Positions 56,679-64,000 of a stretch of DNA of 64,000 nucleotides are shown here, piece after piece. The DNA comes from Eledone cirrhosa (Eukaryota), in NCBI GenBank assembly GCA_964016885.1, contig OZ024762.1, positions 10,168,001-10,232,000 of the forward strand. The letters are read 5' to 3'. Made by a program: the position numbers and the translations under genes. The notes under the pieces are model-generated. The model did not search any database. It was not told the DNA's origin and worked only from the letters and a program-made list of their open reading frames with translations. Numbering within the stretch: position 1 is the stretch's first letter; each line of letters starts with the position of its first letter.

Positions 56679-56966
56679 AAATATTAGTTTAACAATGATG
56701 ATACTAACAAAGGCAAGTTATTTTACATATTCATTTCATTGTTTTACGATCGTTTCGGAGGGTTGACCATATTGATATATTGAGTGATCTATAGCAGTTA
56801 GATAACTGTATACTATCCGACATAATATATAGGTTCCATCGTGCCGTCTTCTTCAGAAACAATGAACTACTTGCTAACGGATTACATTGAGTTCTAACTA
56901 CGGTATAGACCCTACCACGAAAGTTAGACCACATTATGTGTATACATCTATATATATAAACGTTTT

Positions 56967-57224
56967 TATATGTATAATAAAGCCAAAACAATGCAGGTAT
57001 GGACATAGAATAAAGAATGCAAATGCAAAAGATATTGTTGACAATAACACACGCACACATATTTGCACATAAATCTAAGGTAAAAGACTAATTGTCAACA
57101 ATATCTTTTGCATTTGCATTCTTTATTCTATGTCCATACCTGCATTGTTTTAGCTTTATTATACATATACACACGTTTATACCTCATTACACAATGCTTC
57201 AAGTGAACTATAACCTCCTCTTAT
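56967..57224. mobile_element. Family H foldback element
   Basis: Arms ~56967-57045 and 57091-57168, then a 3' extension shared with 53266. Confidence 0.7.
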
Positions 57225-57237
57225 CTATATATATATC

Positions 57238-57694
57238 CAGGGTGTTTCAAAAGATTTGATATCAATGGCCTGTTCACAAGGTTGCCACATTGAAATATAT
57301 ATTGTGAATTAATGTTATAACGTGGACATGTTTTGAGGAATAAATCTTGTGTTACTCAACATGGAGCCTGCTTAGTCTCGTTGTCCTAGGACCTTGTAGA
57401 TTCTGGGATATTTACATCTCAAATGATATTGGTTTCTTATATAGGCGCAAGGCCAGCAAATTGGAGAGGGGGGGGGGGAGAAAGAAAGTCGATTAAATCG
57501 ATCCCCAGTACGTGACTGGTACTTTATTTTATCGACTCCGTGAAGGATGAAAGGAAAAGTTAACCACGGTGGGATTTGAACTCAGATCATAAAGAGCCGT
57601 CACTCTGTGCTGCAAAGCATGGCGTCCGACCCGCTACCGATACTGCCAATCCACCGCCCATCTCAAATGATATTAAACTTTTTGAAACACCCTG
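57238..57694. mobile_element. Tc1/mariner-like MITE interrupted by SINE S1 (57431-57658)
   Basis: TIR CAGGGTGTTTCAAAA / TTTTGAAACACCCTG; SINE TSD CATCTCAAATGATATT at 57415-57430 and 57659-57674. Confidence 0.85.
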
Positions 57695-57858
57695 TATATA
57701 TATATATATATATATATGCTTTTATTTTTATTTCATTTCATTTTATTTTGATCATGCTTTATTTTTATTTTTAATTTCATTCGCACCGACCGCCCCCACC
57801 CCTTTCGCTATATGTCTCTCCACCACACACCCTTTGAACTCTCTTCCCACACACTTCT

Positions 57859-57892
57859 CACCTGACGAAGGGCTTATGCCCGAAACGTCGTT
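57859..57892 (+). ncRNA. Canonical minimal Penelope-type hammerhead in a ~260-bp (TA)n-flanked element (57718-57980)
   Basis: CAC CTGACGA AGGGC-TTAT-GCCC GAAACGTC GTT, followed by AATAAA. The 3' end recurs at 60610-60692. Confidence 0.75.
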
Positions 57893-58016
57893 CCCCACCA
57901 CCACCCCACTCTCCAGAGCGTGAAATTAATAAACATTCGTTGTACTGCCTCTGTTTTGTTCCTGTTCAAATTTTCCATTATATATATATATATATATAAG
58001 CTCATTAATAGAGAGT

Positions 58017-58068
<52 letters not shown>

Positions 58069-58117
58069 TACCCATGTATACATTGACAAGTGTACATGTT
58101 TATATAGTAAGCGTAAA

Positions 58118-58372
58118 TGTATGTATAACATGAGAGAGAGAAAGGGGTGTATATGTGACCTCGTCAAGCAACAAGTGTTCATACATATATATATATATAC
58201 ACTACATGTATGTATAACACGAGAGAGAGAGGTGGGATAGACAGCTGAGTATATATAAGTGACCTCGTCAGGCAACAAGTGTACACACATATACAGTACA
58301 TGTATGTATAACATGAGACAGAGACAGCTGGTGTATATAAGTGACCTATTCAGCCAACAAGTGTACACACAC

Positions 58373-58434
<62 letters not shown>

Positions 58435-58511
58435 GATGTACATGTATGTATAACATGAAAGGGAGACAGCTGGATGTATATAAGTGACCTCGTCAGGCAA
58501 CAAGTGTTCAT

Positions 58512-58572
<61 letters not shown>

Positions 58573-58687
58573 TATATACATATATATATATATATACACA
58601 TATATATATACACATATATATATATACACATATATATATATACACATATATATATATACACATATATATATACACATATATATATAT

Positions 58688-58738
<51 letters not shown>

Positions 58739-58811
58739 GATGTCATGTATGTATAACATGAGAGGGAGACAGCTGGGTGTATATAAGTGACCTCGTCAGG
58801 CAACAAGTGTA
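58118..58811. repeat. Five ~65-bp units separated by variable microsatellite spacers
   Basis: GTATGTATAACATGAGAGGGAGACAGCTGGGTGTATATAAGTGACCTCGTCAGGCAACAAGTGT. Confidence 0.85.
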
Positions 58812-59177
58812 AATTCCAGAAATACCTTCTGACATATTGAGAAGGTGAAATAGAGAGGAAGAGTGTGAGGAAGGGGAGAGGTCGTTGAAATAAAGAGAGA
58901 GGGGGAGGATAAGAGAGAGAGAGGTAGGCGATGGGGGGAAAGGGATGTGTTTGTAAAGGGAGAGATAGAAGAGAAGGGGGTTAGTGAAAGGGACTATAGA
59001 TAGAGAGAGAGAGGGGGTCGTTGAAGGGGAATAGATAGAGGGGAGATGGAAGTAGAAAGCGAGGGAGGGGGCTTGTTTAAGGGGATAGATAGACAGACAG
59101 ATAGATAGGAGTTCGTTGAGATGAGAAGAGACAAGTATCATGTAACAGGCGTGCATCCATCTATTTATCTATCTATC

Positions 59178-59542
59178 TGAGGAAAGGAGTACAAGCTCTT
59201 CGTACTCCTGGAGATGAGGGTTGCACATTTTTTCGGGGGTATGTGTTACCCATATGAACTGTCTCCCTCTATTGGGGAAAATCGACTAACTTTTTAAATT
59301 CCATTTGTGATAACATTTTACACGTTTTTATTGTATGTAAACTTCCCCCTTTGTATTTGTCCCCTTCTGTTATGCCCCTGTGGCTAATAAAGAAACATAT
59401 CTATATATATATACAAATCGACTAATTTTTAAAATTGCATTTGTGATAACATTTTACACGTTTTTATTGTATGTAAACTTCCCCCTTTGTATTTGACCCC
59501 TTCTTTTGTGCTCCTGTGGCTAATAAAGAAACATATCTATCT
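59178..59542 (+). mobile_element. Tx1/L1-like LINE 3'UTR with a tandemly duplicated 3' end
   Basis: Matches 775-1000; preceded by (CTAT)n. Confidence 0.65.
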
Positions 59543-59550
59543 ATATATAC

Positions 59551-59993
<443 letters not shown>

Positions 59994-60511
59994 TATACAT
60001 GCATATATATATATATTTATATATATGCATACGTACGAACTTGCGGGAGGTTCTGTAAGGTATGAGTGAGGAAAGATGGAATCAACAAGTATTAGGAGAG
60101 AGAGAGAAAGAGAGAGAACTTTCCTATATACACACATAACGGCTGGGCTCACAGCCCGACCGACGGAGGACCACCACCACCACCACCACGACAATCGCCA
60201 CTCCCCACCATCCCCTTCATATATACACATGCCTTACATTGTACCGACTGACACGGTCGGTTACATGGCGGAAAGGAAAGGCAAGTGTTGGATTCTCGTT
60301 AGTAGTTGTTGTTACTGCTACTGTTGTTGTTGTTGTTGCTACTGTTGTTGCTACTGTTGTTGTTGTTGGGTCAGAGACAGGTCAGGGGGAGACAACATCG
60401 TAAGTCTCAACCAATTTTACCTTCCTTACACACACACACGTATATACACACACACATATATATGCACACGTTTACACACATTTATATATATACGTGTATA
60501 TATATATAATA

Positions 60512-60584
<73 letters not shown>

Positions 60585-60688
60585 ATATATATATATTATA
60601 TATATATATCACCACCCCACTCTCAAGAGCGTGAAACTAATAAACCTTTGTTCGTACTGCCTCTGTTTTGTTCCCGTTCAATTTTTTA

Positions 60689-60746
<58 letters not shown>

Positions 60747-60974
60747 TATATGCACATATATTTACACACATATATATATATAAATATATACACATATATA
60801 TTTATGTACATATGTACACACATACGACTTCCCACTCCCCCCAAATTGTTGGCCTTGTGTCTAAATCAGAAAGCAATATTAGCAGTAATACATTAGTAAA
60901 CCTTCATGATGAGGGCCAGCTTTAGACCTTGTGGGACATTTCATTTCATTCCCCTTCCCTGGGGCACAAGCCTG

Positions 60975-61150
60975 GGAAAGGGAAAGGCAATGGTCGATGT
61001 AGCTTGGCACCAGTGGCGTTGCAACTCATTTCTACAACTGATTAAACTGGAGAAACGTAAAATAAAATGCCTTGCTGAAGGATACAATACATCACTCGGG
61101 AATCGAACTCACAACCTCACGATTTTAAGCCCGACGCTCTAACCACTGAC
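60975..61150 (-). mobile_element. Diverged SINE S2-type head and core
   Basis: Minus: CAGTGGTTAGAGCG...GAGTTCGATTCCCG. Confidence 0.65.
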
Positions 61151-61200
61151 CTATCTTTATATATATATATATTATATATTTGTGTGTCGAAACAAATATT

Positions 61201-61378
61201 GTTATACTTGGGGAGGGTCATATTGTTATAATATTACCAGAAATAATAACAGAACACACTCACTGTTAGGTTTGGGTTGGTTTTGATACAGAAGCGAAAA
61301 CCAATCCAAACCAAACTGTGAATGTGTTCTGTTATTATTTCTGGCAATATTATAACAATATGACCCTCCCCAAGTATA

Positions 61379-61380
<2 letters not shown>
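61201..61380. mobile_element. Family I symmetric foldback element
   Basis: GTTATACTTGGGGAGGGTCATATT...AATATGACCCTCCCCAAGTATAAC. Single arms occur at 18128-18191 and 21813-21900. Confidence 0.7.
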
Positions 61381-61417
<37 letters not shown>

Positions 61418-61421
<4 letters not shown>

Positions 61422-61563
61422 ATAATAATAAATTTGAAGACTAAAATCCAAAGAGGGCTCGATAAGGCTAAATATATATCAAATATATATTTTTAGTTTC
61501 AGAAGATCCCGTTAAGGGTGAAAGCAGCGATTCTTTGCTTAAACTTTAATCTGTTATTTTAAT
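61418..61563. mobile_element. Family F element with variant hammerhead (plus, 61495-61545)
   Basis: AGTTT CAGAAGA TCCC-GTTAA-GGGT GAA AGCA-GCGATTCTT-TGCT T AAACT. Confidence 0.65.
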
Positions 61564-61583
61564 ATATATATATATATATATAT

Positions 61584-61775
61584 AGGAACGAGTAGGACCC
61601 CGACGGCTGAGCACAAGCCGTTTCGACGGCTAATTCTGGACTGAATTAGCCGTCGAAAAGGCTTGAGCTCAGCCGTCGGGGTCCTACTTGTTCCTATTAC
61701 CCACTCTACTACCCTAAGTATTGAGTACTTTGGTGCGTTATGGTCCATCTGGTTCCTTACCACATTTCCTTCGTT
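61584..61775 (+). mobile_element. Family A foldback element
   Basis: Same consensus; inverted arms around 61640. Confidence 0.8.
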
Positions 61776-61804
61776 ATATATATGTGTGAAAAAAAAAAAT
61801 ATTA

Positions 61805-62173
61805 GATAATAAAGGTATCGTTTAAGGTAATCCAGCTAGAAGTTGTGAGTACTCTGTGTCGAGGACAGTTTTAACGTACGGCGTTGTTCGACTCAACAAG
61901 AAGTTTCCTTAGTCGGGTGGCCGACTAAGAAGGTTCCTAGGCAGACGATTCTTGGAGTATTAATAACAAACGAGTGAAGAATAACATGGTTGGCTGTACA
62001 ATAGGATTTATTTAAAGTATTAACAATTGTTTCTTTAGTCTGGTGTATCTAAAGTCGAGTAACGTTGCCCCTAACGACGAGCGACTTTTAGACACTCAGG
62101 GTTAAAGAACCAATAGTTAATATTGTAAATAAACCCTATTGTACAGCCAAGCGTGTTATTCTTCATTCTTTTG

Positions 62174-62175
<2 letters not shown>
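61805..62175 (-). mobile_element. Decayed family E foldback element
   Basis: TATCGTTTAAGGTAATCC...CGTACGG...GACTCAACAAGA...CTTGGAGTA is collinear with 44821-45170. Confidence 0.6.
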
Positions 62176-62229
<54 letters not shown>

Positions 62230-62422
62230 TTAATTATACTATTTATGGTTATGTAAATACAAAACCTTTTGCAGTTATATGTATTTTTTATATACAAACC
62301 CTAAATAGTGTGTACTGCCACTCTAAATTCTGTAATGAATGTTGACCCACAATATTTGCATATGTATCGGTATGTCTCTTGGCTGAAAAGGAGGTCATAT
62401 AACTGTCCATTCATTAATAAAT

Positions 62423-62469
62423 TGCTCCGAAGAATCCAAACCTCGGTTTGGAGGAAACAGCTGTAAGCA
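62423..62469 (+). ncRNA. Hammerhead with U4 to C change
   Basis: TGCT CCGAAGA ATCCAAAC-CTCG-GTTTGGAG GAA AC-AGCT-GT A AGCA. Confidence 0.6.
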
Positions 62470-62500
62470 CAATAATGTTTTGAACAGTTCTTTGATTCTT

Positions 62501-62548
<48 letters not shown>

Positions 62549-62751
62549 TAGATAAATCTACCAAAATATACGGTAGTGTCCAATCCGTATGAAGAACTCA
62601 ATGTAATCCAAATATCATGAAAAGAGAAGATGTATTCAAAATTTTTTCGATGAAAAACACAGGAAAACAGAGTCAAGATAAATTAATAAAAACAATGAAT
62701 AAAAACAAAGAAACAGTTCCTTATATTAAAAAATTCATATATATATATATA

Positions 62752-62963
62752 AAGTATTTCCGTAGGAAAGGTAAAGGAAAAGAGTGTTCGATGTAGGCTA
62801 CACAGCTTTTTAGTTATGTAATATAATTAATTCATTTACCAATGGTTTCTTGAAGAACTTGACACTTATGTCTGTCTTCATTCATCATAATTTTTTTCTG
62901 ATGAATGACGACAGACATAAGTGTCAACCTCTTCAAGAAACCATTGGTAAATGAATTAATTAT
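62752..62963. mobile_element. Family G foldback element with hammerhead (plus, 62894-62953)
   Basis: CTGATGA ATGACGA...TCTTCAA GAA ACC-ATT-GGT A. Arms 62823-62887 and 62899-62963. The unpaired end is similar to 53948-54005. Confidence 0.65.
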
Positions 62964-63090
62964 CTTATGTTGTTTATTACATAACTATATATGTAAGGAA
63001 ACACAAACAAGGTAGAGGTCCCCTGGAGGTCTCGGACATTTCAACGCATTAGAGAGAGGGGGAGAGTGTCTGCGGTGCTGAGACCACTAA

Positions 63091-63286
63091 TAATTGTTTC
63101 TACTGTTGGCACAAGGCCAGCAATTACTCCAAGTGAATCACTGGTACTTTATTTTATCGACCCCGTAAGGATGAAAGGCGAAGTGAAGTTAACTTCGGCA
63201 GGATTTGAACTCAGACCGTAAAGGGGCGTAACTCTATGCTGCAAAGCATGGCGTCCGACCCTCTACCGATACTGCCAATCTACCGC
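63091..63286 (-). mobile_element. Full-length SINE S1
   Basis: S1 consensus, with CCACTAATA at both flanks. Confidence 0.85.
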
Positions 63287-63803
63287 CACTAATACATGGA
63301 GAGATGCATTGTTGGTATAGAAAGATATGTAAAACCCCGAAACTGCTTGGTGCCGCGGTCTGGATAATATATGTCGTATCTAGATACTGTTATCACATGT
63401 TTGGTGTGTACCTTGGATGGGGCTGGTTATAACGTAGAGAGGGAGGGGATAGAGGGGGAGAGAGATATGGAGAGAGGGGGAGAAAGAGAGGGAGAGAGGG
63501 GGAGACAGAGATGGAGAGAAAGAGAGGGAGAGACAGAGAGGGAGAGAAAGAGAGGGGAGACAGAGAGGGGGAGAAAGAGTGAGAGAAAGAAAGAGGGGGG
63601 AGAGGAGAGAAAGGAGGGGTGAGAGAAGAAGAAACAGAGAGAGAGAGAAAGAGAAGTAGAGGCAGTCAAACAGAGAGGTGGGGGAGAGAAAGATAGAGAA
63701 AAACAGCGGGAGAAAGAGAGAGGGAGGGGAGAAAAGTAGATAAACAGAGGGTACTGAGGGAGATAAAGGTCAAGGTTGTACAGGGCTCATCACTTACGTT
63801 TGT

Positions 63804-63836
<33 letters not shown>

Positions 63837-63917
63837 ATAACTGAGGGTGGGGCAGAGAGGGGACTGCCCCCCCCCCCCCCCAGCTATGTTTCTGTAACGT
63901 AGCGTCCCTCTGAACAC

Positions 63918-63954
<37 letters not shown>

Positions 63955-64000
63955 GGTGTTCACATGTATATATATACACATAAACATACATATATACATA

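Noticed and set aside
56800-56860. Minus-strand CTGAAGA-AGAC...GTC-GGAT
   Set aside because: GAAA is replaced by GGAT and stems I/III are unclear; too degenerate to call.
58118-58811. Repeat-spacer array resembling CRISPR; CTGACGA on the minus strand
   Set aside because: Spacers are microsatellites, and no GAAA or stems complete a hammerhead.

Overview
Eukaryotic, extremely microsatellite-rich DNA. The repeat content suggests an octopod cephalopod (inference). There is one clear protein-coding gene, an Elk/TCF-subfamily ETS transcription factor on the minus strand (main coding exon 7009-8166), plus candidate in-frame upstream exons. Almost all other ORF-track entries are translations of simple repeats. 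The rest of the window holds (TA)n/(CA)n/(GA)n tracts, minisatellites, two tRNA-derived SINE families, 3' ends of a Tx1/L1-like LINE, a bipartite RTE-derived element, and piggyBac-, Tc1/mariner- and hAT-like MITEs. The most striking signal is about 25 type I hammerhead-ribozyme (HHR) motifs, read by eye, from at least eight sequence-unrelated families of short (150-450 bp) non-coding elements. These elements sit in (TA)n tracts, often fold back on themselves as asymmetric palindromes, and share a downstream ACTC...GAGT(G/A)CTT motif. They look like a dense, diverse population of miniature Penelope-like pLTR or retrozyme-type insertions. All folds and coordinates were derived manually; none were computed.
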